Below, in pieces: positions 36,828 to 45,739 of a DNA stretch of 64,000 nucleotides; the stretch's first letter is position 1, and every line of letters begins with the position of its first letter. The position numbers and the translations under genes were made by a program. Under the pieces are notes generated by a model. The model saw nothing but the letters and a program-made list of their open reading frames with translations, ran no database searches and was not told where the DNA came from. Source of the stretch: Acidobacterium sp. (GTDB taxonomy: Bacteria > Acidobacteriota > Terriglobia > Terriglobales > Acidobacteriaceae); NCBI GenBank assembly GCA_003166955.1, contig PMUI01000105.1, positions 46,048 through 110,047 of the forward strand, in the 5' to 3' direction.

Positions 36828-37808
36828 TCACTGCGGCCGCTTCACATGGTCCCCGACCGCGGGCTTCCCGGAGCCACTGAATTTCCCGACGGATGAATCG
36901 GCGTCGACGCTGGTGATGGTGAGGGTGCCGACGGGAGAGTCGACGGTGCGGAGCACTTTGCCGGTCGCGGGATCCTTGACGGTGCGAACGACGCGAGTGA
37001 TGGCGAGGGTATCGCCCACTTTGACGCCGGCGCTGGCGCCCACATTGATGATGATGTCACCGCTGGAGGCGTCGGCGACGAGGCCATCGACGGGAGGCGG
37101 AGGCGGCGCCGTAATAGCGGGCAGGCTGCCGGCTTTCTGGTCGAGGCCGGTGGCGACATCGGCGATGGAGGCCTTGGTGGCTTCGCCGATGATGGTCTGG
37201 CCGAAGTTGGAGCTGCCCATGTCGAGATGGCCGCCACCGCCGTTCCAGCCGGAGCCGCCGCCGCCGAGCATGTCGGCACCGGAGCGCTTGGATTCGCCAT
37301 GGCCGGTGACGGAAGCGAGGATCTCGCCAGTGTTGACGTCGATGATGCGGGCCGTGATCTCGACAACAGCTTTGGCTTTGTGGACACCGAGGCCGCCGCC
37401 GCCGTACTTGCCGAGGCCGTATCCGCCGCCGCCGCCACCGTAGTTCTTGTCGTCGCGTCCGAAGGTGGTGATGTCGCCGATGATGATGGTGTCAACGCCG
37501 GCGAGAGCGCCGATTTTTGCGGCAGTGGCGGGGTTGGCGCGGTCGCTGTTGGAGAAATTTTGTTCGTTCATGATTTTGTCAATGGCGGCGCGCTCGAAGA
37601 CCCGGTAGGTTCCGTCGGCGAGGAGCTGGTTGACGAGCATGTCGGAGATACCCTTGCCGATGTCCTGGTTGGTCCCGAAGATGGCCTGGACGCTGGTCAT
37701 AACGGTGCCATAGCCGAAGTCCAGGACCGCGACGCGGCGTTTTTCCTGAGCCGACGCGGGCAGTGCGGCGAGAACGCCGAGGAGGAGAATTGACAAAGTC
37801 TTACGCAT
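36828..37808 (-). CDS. CsgG/HfaB-like secretion-channel family protein with Gly-rich loops and an extra C-terminal domain
   Basis: 326 aa from the ATG at 37808 (MRKTLSILLLGVLAALPASA). KRRVAVLDFGYG...GISDMLVNQLLADGTYRVFERAAIDKIMNEQNF...GVDTIIIGDITTFG...ARIIDVNTGEILAS follows the CsgG-fold pattern. Confidence 0.7.
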   Translation of the reverse strand: MRKTLSILLLGVLAALPASAQEKRRVAVLDFGYGTVMTSVQAIFGTNQDIGKGISDMLVNQLLADGTYRVFERAAIDKIMNEQNFSNSDRANPATAAKIGALAGVDTIIIGDITTFGRDDKNYGGGGGGYGLGKYGGGGLGVHKAKAVVEITARIIDVNTGEILASVTGHGESKRSGADMLGGGGSGWNGGGGHLDMGSSNFGQTIIGEATKASIADVATGLDQKAGSLPAITAPPPPPVDGLVADASSGDIIINVGASAGVKVGDTLAITRVVRTVKDPATGKVLRTVDSPVGTLTITSVDADSSVGKFSGSGKPAVGDHVKRPQ

Positions 37809-37929
37809 ACGGTTCCATCTCCGATTCGTGGGTTGCGATAGCCAATCACGCGGGAGCTGATCGCATCGGGTTCGGCGCGAGACTGAGACCAGCGGCTCCG
37901 GAGGAATTGGGACAACGGAACTGGGAAGC

Positions 37930-37958
37930 ACTATACCCCGGGTAGGGGTCAGGGACAA
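37930..37958 (-). promoter_or_regulatory. Promoter-like TTGTCC-17 nt-TATAGT upstream of the CsgG-like gene
   Basis: Minus strand: TTGTCC (37958..37953), 17-nt spacer, TATAGT (37935..37930). About 115 nt upstream of the ATG at 37808. Confidence 0.35.
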
Positions 37959-38086
37959 CCCATTTTGCGTGGGAAGTTTTCCTCCCGCGGGATAGTGCGT
38001 GGTCCGATGAGAACGTTTCAGGAATTCGTCGCCGATTCCGCTCTGTCCGCGAAAAAAGGCATCCTGCAGTTTCAGCCGGGTTCTTC

Positions 38087-39250
38087 TTACTTTCTTTCCC
38101 TTTGGACGGGTACGACCTGGACAGTGGTGTCGCGCATTTCGTTGAGAAAGCGGTTGATGATGGAGCCGCGCAGCAGGATGTCCCAGCGGGAGCGTGCGGA
38201 CTGGCCGAAGACTACGTGGGAGATGTTCTCTTTGCGTGCGAATTCGATGAGGGCGTCGGCGACTCTCTTGTCTTTGAGGGTAACCACGTGGGCGTCGAGA
38301 TCGCGAGCCATGCGCTGATACTCTTCCAGACGCGCGAAGGCTTCCGGGTCGCCATGGCGATGGTCGGTATCCGGCGTCTCAACATAGACGACGAACCAGT
38401 TGGTGGCGAGTCGTCCGGCGATGCGAGCGCCAACCCGCACCAGGCGCTCCATGCCCGGGCGGGGTGAGAGGCAGACCATGACTTTTTCCGGTATGGGGGC
38501 CTGCTCGAGTCCCTGAATGCGGCGGTATTCAGCGGCGGCGGTGCCCACCTGCTCGGCGGTGGTGCGCAGCGCCAGTTCGCGGAGCATGTTGAGATTGCCC
38601 TTGCGGAAAAAGTTGGCCAGGGCCTGCTCGACCTTTTCGGGCGCGTAAATCTTGCCCTGGCGGAGACGGTCGCGCAACTCGTCGATGGTGATGTCGACGT
38701 TGACGACCTCGTCGGCGCGGCGCAGGAAGCTGTCGGGCACAGTCTCGCGAATCTGGGTGCTGGCGGAGCGGGCGACGACGTCGTTGAGCGTCTCCAGATG
38801 CTGGACGTTCATCGCGGTCATCACATTGATGCCGGCGTCGAGCAGCTCCAGGACGTCTTCGTAGCGCTTGTGGTTGCGCGAGCCGGGAACGTTGCTGTGG
38901 GCCAGCTCGTCAACGATGCACCATGCCGGATGGCTGGCGATAATGGCATCGAGGTCCATCTCGCGCAGAGTGACGGAGCGATACTGAATTTCCTTAAGAG
39001 GGATGATCTCAAGGCCGTCGACCAGCGCAGCCGTATCGGCACGGCCGTGCGGCTCTACAAGGCCGATGACGATGTCGACGCCCTGGCGGCGCATCAGATG
39101 CGCGTCTTCGAGCATGCGGAAGGTCTTGCCCACGCCGGGAGCAGCGCCCAGATAGATGCGGAGGCGGCCAGGCTCATGGGTTTCACCAGCGGCTGGAGTA
39201 AGGGCGAGAGGCTGCGGCTCCGAAGGCGGAATGGAGGGGGGCGGAGTCAT
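38087..39250 (-). CDS. Stand-alone KdpD N-terminal sensor domain protein (KdpD-N + Usp), no kinase module
   Basis: 387 aa. LRIYLGAAPGVGKTFRMLEDAH...VDELAHSNVPGSRNHKRYEDVLELLDAGINVMTAMNVQHLE plus a Usp-like C-half. No TM segments or HisKA/HATPase. The ATG overlaps the upstream kinase stop (ATGA at 39247-39250). Confidence 0.85.
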   Translation of the reverse strand: MTPPPSIPPSEPQPLALTPAAGETHEPGRLRIYLGAAPGVGKTFRMLEDAHLMRRQGVDIVIGLVEPHGRADTAALVDGLEIIPLKEIQYRSVTLREMDLDAIIASHPAWCIVDELAHSNVPGSRNHKRYEDVLELLDAGINVMTAMNVQHLETLNDVVARSASTQIRETVPDSFLRRADEVVNVDITIDELRDRLRQGKIYAPEKVEQALANFFRKGNLNMLRELALRTTAEQVGTAAAEYRRIQGLEQAPIPEKVMVCLSPRPGMERLVRVGARIAGRLATNWFVVYVETPDTDHRHGDPEAFARLEEYQRMARDLDAHVVTLKDKRVADALIEFARKENISHVVFGQSARSRWDILLRGSIINRFLNEMRDTTVQVVPVQRERK

Positions 39251-41061
39251 CCAACCTCCACGGGATGACGGTCGGGTTCGGCGACCGCGACCGGCAGAGT
39301 GAAGCGGAAGGTTGTGCCCGCACCCAGCCGGCTTTCCACGGAAACCTGACCGCCCTGGGATTCGACCAGGCGCCGCACCAGAGCCAGACCAAGGCCGGTG
39401 CCGCCGCCGGCGGCGTCGCCGGTAAAGCGGCCGAAAATGGTTGTCAGGCGTTCGGTTTCGATGCCCCGGCCATTGTCGTGGACGAAGAACTGGACACGCT
39501 CCTGTTGCTCCGCGGCGCCGACGCGGATGTGACCGCCGTCCGGTGTATAGCGAAGAGCATTGGTGAGGAGGTTGTCGAGTATGGTGCGCAGCGCACGACG
39601 GTCCGCCTGAACGTAAGAGAGGTCTTCAAAGGCGAGCAGCTCGATGTCGATGCTCTTGTCATGTGCAACGTCGCGACAGCGAACCACCGCATCGCGGAGG
39701 GCATCGATGGGACGGACTCTCTCGATGCGGAGCTGGCGGCGGCCAGTTTCCAGTTCCGCCACTTCAATCAGATCGAGCATCAGGTCGTCGAGAAGTTCCG
39801 CTTCACGAGCGGCGCTGGTGGCCAGTTCCATCTGGAGCGGGGGCAGCTCGCCGGCGTGGCCCTGGGTGAGCGCGTAGAGGGAAAGGCGAAGACGGCGGAT
39901 GGGTTCGCGCAGCTTCTGCGAGGCGACGGAGAGGAATCGGGATTTGAAGCGATCGACTTCCGCGATCTGGGTCACGTCTTCGAGCAGCGTGACGGCGCCG
40001 AGGAGCCTGCCCTCGCCATCGCGCATGGGCGTGGTGCGGAGGCGATAACTGCGTTCGGCCTTGCCGATGCGCATGGGCAGCAGCGCGGCTTCGCCTTCGG
40101 CCGGCGCCGCGGCGTGCTGCATGGAGACCGCCGCGCGGATCGCATTCAGAATTTTGTCTCCGCCTGGCGTGCTGGCCAACACCATGCGGTCCACTTCAGC
40201 GCCTTCGGCGGAGCTGCCCAGCAGCTCGACTGCGGCCTGGTTCAACTTGAGCACCTGGCCTTTCCCGTCGGTGACGATGACGGGTTCGAAGATGGAGCGG
40301 ACCACCGCGTCGGCGAGCTGGAATTCCATCTGACGGCGGCCGGATTCGGTTTCACGGAGGTCGCGAAGTCGGATGGCGAGGCGGTTCAGTTCGGTTGCGA
40401 TGGTGCCGAGATCATCCTTGGCGCGCCACTCGACGCGCTGGTGGAGATCGCCCTGGCCGATGCGGCGAGCGACGCGCGCCGTGTGGCGCAAAGGCCGGAT
40501 GACCAGGATGAGCATGATTGCGGAGATCGCCGCGGCGGCGGCGATGGAGAGGCCGCAGGCGGCGATCAGGCGCGCGCGAAGCGCATTCTGCTGGCCGCGC
40601 AAAGCCGTGACGCTGGCGTAACGCAGCGTGGAGAGTTGGTCGAGGTCGCGGCGCAGCTCCATGTGGAGGGATTCGAGCGAGCGGGTCAGTTCGGTCGAGT
40701 CCGCGGGCGGGTGCTGGGCCAGCCGCTCATGCTCGCGGGCGAGCCGATCGATGGGGAGAGCGGGATCGAAGCCGCGCACATCGTCGGTGGCGGCGCGCAG
40801 CATGATCTGCGTGTGCGCGGCCTGGTCGCGAAACTCGGAGAGAGTGGAGTCACCGGTCGCGATGCGGGCGGCGATCAGCTCCTCATGAGCCATGGCGCCC
40901 TGCGCGGACGCGAGTGAGGCGACCGCCATTTCGGCGACCCGCACCTGCGCGTCCAGAGCGGCGAGACGCACAAAGGAGGTGCGCACCAGCAAGCTGACCG
41001 TGGCGACCAGCGCGATGAGCAGAAGACAGCCGAGAATCAGCCTTTGGTAGAGGCTCAGCAT
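39247..41061 (-). CDS. Membrane sensor histidine kinase-like protein (2 TM, HAMP, PAS, DHp, HATPase) with Gln in place of the H-box histidine
   Basis: Start taken at ATG 41061 (MLSLYQRL...); TTG 41121 is possible. HAMP region RRIGQGDLHQRV. H-box reads FLSVASQKLREPI, with CAG at 39916-39918. N, G1, F and G2 boxes are intact (LDNLLTNALRYT, HDNGRGI, IFGRF, GGTGLGLALV). Confidence 0.8.
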   Translation of the reverse strand: MLSLYQRLILGCLLLIALVATVSLLVRTSFVRLAALDAQVRVAEMAVASLASAQGAMAHEELIAARIATGDSTLSEFRDQAAHTQIMLRAATDDVRGFDPALPIDRLAREHERLAQHPPADSTELTRSLESLHMELRRDLDQLSTLRYASVTALRGQQNALRARLIAACGLSIAAAAAISAIMLILVIRPLRHTARVARRIGQGDLHQRVEWRAKDDLGTIATELNRLAIRLRDLRETESGRRQMEFQLADAVVRSIFEPVIVTDGKGQVLKLNQAAVELLGSSAEGAEVDRMVLASTPGGDKILNAIRAAVSMQHAAAPAEGEAALLPMRIGKAERSYRLRTTPMRDGEGRLLGAVTLLEDVTQIAEVDRFKSRFLSVASQKLREPIRRLRLSLYALTQGHAGELPPLQMELATSAAREAELLDDLMLDLIEVAELETGRRQLRIERVRPIDALRDAVVRCRDVAHDKSIDIELLAFEDLSYVQADRRALRTILDNLLTNALRYTPDGGHIRVGAAEQQERVQFFVHDNGRGIETERLTTIFGRFTGDAAGGGTGLGLALVRRLVESQGGQVSVESRLGAGTTFRFTLPVAVAEPDRHPVEVG

Positions 41062-41221
41062 CGGAGGACCGAGCGCACAAGCTCGAATCTTGAGCGTAGT
41101 GGGGCAGGAGTTGCGATGCAAGCGAAGCGGGGGCAGCGAACGCTATGTCAGTCGCTCGACAGGAGGAGCGCGCCTGATTCTCATCTTGCCGATGAAGACC
41201 AGGCGCTGCGGGAACCCGGTT

Positions 41222-43084
41222 TTACCGCCCGGCGGCGCGAGCTTTGATCAGTTCGTCCAGGTAGTCGGGTTTGGAGTCGTCGCGCGTGAGGTGGGGGTAG
41301 CGCGCGCCTCCGCGGTAGTCGATCGTGGCGTTGCGGATGTAATCGTCGGTGACATAGAGGAGAGTAATGGGCGCGGAAGAATCTTTCGCAGCGGCGATGG
41401 CGTCTTCGAGCAGGTCGTGCGTGTAGACGCGGCCGTTGACGCCGATGACCTTCACGCCGGAGCTGATGCCGGCGTTGTATGCCGGGCCGCCGACGATGGA
41501 GTCCATGACCGCGCCGTCCTCGCCGATTTGCAGGCCGATGGAATAGGTGTCGCCGGCGTTGCCCCGGCGGCCCGGAAGGCGAAGAGGCTCGGCGGAGTAT
41601 GTGACTTTCCAGCCGCCGTTCTCGATGCCGCCGGTGGGCGCGTCGGGTGAGATGGAATTCAGACGCTGGTGGAGGAAGCTGGCCCAGTCATAGGGCGCGA
41701 CCGAGTTGAGGCTCGAGACAAGCTGATCGAAGGTATAAGTTTTGATCTCGGGTCCATTATTTGGACCGCCGTGGAAGACGTGGCAGAAGTCGTCGATGGA
41801 CTTTTGGCCGTTGGTGGTGTTGTGAATGATGGTCGCGACTTCCAGCCAGACCAGGTCGCCCTCGTCGTAGTAGTCAGTGCCGCGACGCCAGTTGAGCCAG
41901 CCACGCGCTCCTCCACCACCACCACCTCCCATGGGCTCGCCGGAGGCAGTGTCGAGGAGCGGACGCCAGGTACGGCCTGGACGGCCGGGCCCGAGCGAAG
42001 CGGAGATGCTGGCGAGATATTCATGGTACTGCTCGGGTGTCCAGAGGCCGCTGCGCGCGGCGAGCATCGGCCCGAGGTAGTCGGTCAGGCCTTCATAGCC
42101 CCAGAGGAGGTCGGTCTCCATTGGCTTTTCGAAGTCGGGCGTGGTGAGGTCGGCGGGGCGGCGGAATTTGCCGTTCCAGGAATGCATGAACTCGTGCGAT
42201 AGAAGGCCGCCAACGTTGTAGGCTGCGCCAGGCGAAATCAGGACGCGCTCCGGGAGGCGGCTGTCGTTCGACTCGTGGTGCTCGAGGCCGAAGTGCGCGA
42301 CGTGGTCGCTGAGGGTGAGGAGGAAGTGGTAGTCGCGGTAATGGCGCGCGCCGAAGAGCGCGCCGGATTCGGCGACAAGGCTCGTCATGCCTTTCTGGAC
42401 CGCGGGGGTGAGGGCCAGCGCGGCATCGCTGTCGGCGACCAGATCGAGCTCGTGGTGGATGGGCTCTCCGGGCGGTGTGATGTCGACGACGCGGTAGTAC
42501 TGGCCTTCGATGACGGGCGAGTCAACGAGGAGATCGAAGGAGATAGGTTTGAAGGTCACCCGATTGCCGGATTCGGTGTCGATGGGGAGCGAGGTGCCGT
42601 ACTTCCAGCCGTCAGGCAGGATGAGCGAGGCGTTATAGGTGAGCTGCGCGGAGGGCGTGCCGGCCGGGTAGAGGGCGACTTCATTCCACTCGAGGACGAG
42701 GAGCTTGTCTGTGGCCGAGAAGCCGGCGGCCTCGATGTAGTCATACGCGGCATCGAGATGCGTGACGCCTGCGGGGACGTCGACATGGAAGGTGAAGACG
42801 TCGAGGAGATCGCGTTGCCAGGGAATCTCCTTTCCGTCTGCGGTGAAGTGCAGTCCGGTGAGGGCGATGATGGGGCCGTCGGGACCGTGCTCGCCGGGGA
42901 TCCACTTGGGGTAGTACAGGGTGAAGGGGCCGGAGTGGACGGGGATGGACTCGCGAACGTGAAGGATCTTGTCCGGCGAATGGGTGGTGTCGACGGTGAG
43001 GGTGATGGCGGAGCTGGACTGGGCGATCGCGGCGGGGACGGCGAGGCAAAGGGCGAGAACGGGGAGAAGAAAGCGATGGATCAT
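41222..43084 (-). CDS. M61 family metallopeptidase (glycyl aminopeptidase-like) with C-terminal PDZ domain
   Basis: 620 aa. Signal peptide, HEFMHSWNGKFRRP zinc motif, and a PDZ-like region near GISSGVKVIGVNG. Confidence 0.85.
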   Translation of the reverse strand: MIHRFLLPVLALCLAVPAAIAQSSSAITLTVDTTHSPDKILHVRESIPVHSGPFTLYYPKWIPGEHGPDGPIIALTGLHFTADGKEIPWQRDLLDVFTFHVDVPAGVTHLDAAYDYIEAAGFSATDKLLVLEWNEVALYPAGTPSAQLTYNASLILPDGWKYGTSLPIDTESGNRVTFKPISFDLLVDSPVIEGQYYRVVDITPPGEPIHHELDLVADSDAALALTPAVQKGMTSLVAESGALFGARHYRDYHFLLTLSDHVAHFGLEHHESNDSRLPERVLISPGAAYNVGGLLSHEFMHSWNGKFRRPADLTTPDFEKPMETDLLWGYEGLTDYLGPMLAARSGLWTPEQYHEYLASISASLGPGRPGRTWRPLLDTASGEPMGGGGGGGARGWLNWRRGTDYYDEGDLVWLEVATIIHNTTNGQKSIDDFCHVFHGGPNNGPEIKTYTFDQLVSSLNSVAPYDWASFLHQRLNSISPDAPTGGIENGGWKVTYSAEPLRLPGRRGNAGDTYSIGLQIGEDGAVMDSIVGGPAYNAGISSGVKVIGVNGRVYTHDLLEDAIAAAKDSSAPITLLYVTDDYIRNATIDYRGGARYPHLTRDDSKPDYLDELIKARAAGR

Positions 43085-43217
43085 GCGTGCTCCGGTGGAG
43101 TTTTTGGTATGCGGGAAATGATACAGGGACTCGCCGTCCAGGCGGACGCGCTTGGCGCCAGGGCTTGGGGGTGCGATTTCCGGGTCTCAAAGTCGAGACC
43201 CGGGGCAGCCGGAGTTC

Positions 43218-43769
43218 TCAGGGTGTTGGAGGCGAGGGCGGCGTGAGGAGGGATTTCACGTCGCCAGCCAGAGCGGCGTTGGCGTCCGCGATGTTTTTGC
43301 GCCAGGTGCCTTTGAGGTTCGCCGGGTGGACGGGTTGCGTGAGGGTCCATAGCGGGAGGCGGGTCTTGGCGTCGAGGATGGTGATCTCCGTCTGGAATTG
43401 CCAGGTGGTGTTGGCAAGGATGCGCTCAAAACCCCAGGTTGCGTGGTTGCCGACATTGGTCATCGGCGCGGTGAAGCGAACATCGAGAACGATGTCGGCA
43501 TCGCCGGACGAGGCGACCAGCTGATATTTGCCCCAGCTTTTGACGGCGGCGTAAAGGGAGTCGTAGGCATCGGTGCCGTTGAGCCCAAGTTCTTCGAAGG
43601 CCTGGAGTGAGAAGGCGTCCATACCGCCGTTGGCAATGAAGATTTTTTGCGCGGACTGTATGGGGGCGGGGATGGGCGCGGGCGGAGCGGGGGTTTGAGC
43701 GCGGAGGATGGGCGCTGTCAGGAGAACGAGACCAGGAAGAAGTGCAAGGGCGGATCGGAAGGTTTTCAT
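43218..43769 (-). CDS. Hypothetical secreted protein
   Basis: 183 aa from the ATG at 43769 (MKTFRSALALLPGLVLLTAPILRAQT signal peptide). No family recognised. Confidence 0.5.
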   Translation of the reverse strand: MKTFRSALALLPGLVLLTAPILRAQTPAPPAPIPAPIQSAQKIFIANGGMDAFSLQAFEELGLNGTDAYDSLYAAVKSWGKYQLVASSGDADIVLDVRFTAPMTNVGNHATWGFERILANTTWQFQTEITILDAKTRLPLWTLTQPVHPANLKGTWRKNIADANAALAGDVKSLLTPPSPPTP

Positions 43770-43886
43770 AACGCGGGCTCGGGCCTCGACTTTCTGTGCG
43801 ATGGGAATCGCACGTTGAAGGACGGGGGAGCAGGCCGAAAAGACCCCGCAGTTTTCAGTTCTGCGCGCCCGGAATTTCCGGTATAT

Positions 43887-44276
43887 ATGCTTATGCCGCG
43901 AACAGCGCTGCGCGTCGACCGGGAACTCATCCCGCATTTGTGGATGATGGGCGTGATCGTCGCGTGTACGGCGATGCTGGCGCTGGGTCCGCAGTGGATC
44001 GTGCATGCGGGCTATCGGTGCGAACTCCAGGCGCTGACAGGCCTGCGATGCCCGTTCTGCGGGATGACGCGGGATTTTGCGGCGATGCTGCATGGAGAGA
44101 GGCCGGCTCTGAATCCATGCTCGTGGATTGCCGCAGTGGTGGTGTATGGTGTATATCCGGCCGCGGTGCTGGTGGGTTGGCGCAGACGCCGATTGAATTT
44201 CTTTCAAGGTGCAGCGGTGAAGTATGGAGTGATGGCGGCGCTGGCGGCCATGCTGGTGCTGAACAATCTGCATTGA
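43887..44276 (+). CDS. DUF2752 domain-containing membrane protein
   Basis: 129 aa from the ATG at 43887. The CPFCGMTRDF motif and flanking TM helices are typical of DUF2752. Confidence 0.7.
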   Translation: MLMPRTALRVDRELIPHLWMMGVIVACTAMLALGPQWIVHAGYRCELQALTGLRCPFCGMTRDFAAMLHGERPALNPCSWIAAVVVYGVYPAAVLVGWRRRRLNFFQGAAVKYGVMAALAAMLVLNNLH

Positions 44277-44286
44277 GGGAGGAACT

Positions 44287-44682
44287 GTGAACGGTTCAGG
44301 TGGGATTCAGATCATCGGCATCGTGCTTGGCGCGGTGGCTGGGGCATGGGTTTATTCGGACGCGAAGAAGCGCGGGATGAACGCGGTGGGGTGGGGAATC
44401 GGGAGCTTCCTGGTGTGCATCGTGTTTCTGCCGCTGTATCTGATCATCCGCAAGCCGCTCGTCGCGCAGGTCCCTCCGGGGTATGCGCCGCCGGGAACGC
44501 CGGTGTACCCGGTTTACACGCAGCCGCCGATGCAACCGCCTCCGCAAGGGATGCTGGGGATGGCTCCACCTCCGCCTCCGCCTGCTGCTCCTTCGGCCGG
44601 GCCCGTGCATTTTTGTGTGCAGTGCGGGCAGAAGTATGAGGGCAATGTGAAGTTCTGTCCAATTTGCGGGGCGCCGCAGTAG
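44287..44682 (+). CDS. Membrane protein with Pro-rich linker and C-terminal zinc ribbon
   Basis: 131 aa, GTG start. Two TM helices, a PPGYAPPGTP... linker, then CVQCGQKYEGNVKFCPICG. Confidence 0.55.
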   Translation: MNGSGGIQIIGIVLGAVAGAWVYSDAKKRGMNAVGWGIGSFLVCIVFLPLYLIIRKPLVAQVPPGYAPPGTPVYPVYTQPPMQPPPQGMLGMAPPPPPPAAPSAGPVHFCVQCGQKYEGNVKFCPICGAPQ

Positions 44683-44789
44683 CGGAACGGACTCCGCCCG
44701 GCATCTTTAGCCGAAAGGGAAAAGCCCCACCCTGATTGCGACCAGCTACGGGTCGCGATCGGAACGGGGCTACCGGATTCTTCGTTAAT

Positions 44790-45650
44790 TTAGTGGATGC
44801 GGACGTCGCCCGAGCCAGTTTCGACGCGGACGGTAGGCCCGCCGCCATTGATGTCGCCCTGCACATGGTGGCGCTCGATCGACCCGTGCATGGTGATGGG
44901 CGGATCGCTGTGAACGGAGCCTGAGCCGGTGCTGGCATCGAGGGTGAAGTGCGCGCCGCCGACGCTCAACGTGACCGAGCCGGAGCCGGTTTCCACCTTC
45001 CAGTCGGAGCCGGGGTGGCCGCCGATTTCGATGTCGCCGGAGCCGGTCTCCGCGAAGAGCGTGCCTTCAACACCCTGGAGATGAATGCTGCCGCTCCCCG
45101 TGGTGGCTTTGACGTCGTTGGCGGATTGCAACTGACCGCGAACGTCGCCGGAGCCGGTCTGGAGTTGGACGCGGCCACTGAAGCCGGAGGCTTCAATAGA
45201 GCCGGAGCCAGTATTGGCCTTGAGTGAACCCCCGAGATCCTGCAGGCGAAGATCGCCCGAGCCGGAGTTGGCCTCAAGCTGCGTGCCTTTGGGCGCCGTC
45301 ACGTCGTAGTCGATCGAGATGTTGCGCATCCAGTCCTGGTGGCGGCCGATGGTGATGATGTTGCCGGACTGATCGATGGGGGGATTGTTGACGGCCTGCT
45401 TGACGCGGTCGTCGGCGGAGGCGCCGAAGCCCCAGCCGTTGGCGTGCACGTGGCCCACGATGTGGACTTCGCTCGACGAGCCTGGAGTGACGTGGACGTA
45501 CCCCGAGCCGGTAGAGACCGAGAGCATCACCTGCCCGGTGGTGTGAAGGGTTTTGTCGAAGGTGCCGTCGGCGGCGAGCGCAGCAGCGGGGATGAGCACG
45601 GCGATAGCGGCGGCCAGAGCCGAGTTTCTGAATGCAACCTGCATTTTCAT
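44790..45650 (-). CDS. DUF4097 family beta-strand repeat protein (putative adhesin)
   Basis: 286 aa. Signal peptide and repeated TGSGSI/TGSGDV beta-helix-like units. Confidence 0.75.
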   Translation of the reverse strand: MKMQVAFRNSALAAAIAVLIPAAALAADGTFDKTLHTTGQVMLSVSTGSGYVHVTPGSSSEVHIVGHVHANGWGFGASADDRVKQAVNNPPIDQSGNIITIGRHQDWMRNISIDYDVTAPKGTQLEANSGSGDLRLQDLGGSLKANTGSGSIEASGFSGRVQLQTGSGDVRGQLQSANDVKATTGSGSIHLQGVEGTLFAETGSGDIEIGGHPGSDWKVETGSGSVTLSVGGAHFTLDASTGSGSVHSDPPITMHGSIERHHVQGDINGGGPTVRVETGSGDVRIH

Positions 45651-45739
45651 AACCTCCTCAGGCGAGCGGATGGGGCCCGGGCTGATTTTCTTCGTGACAA
45701 GTAACGGATACGGTTACAAATACTGAATCGACCGCTTTC

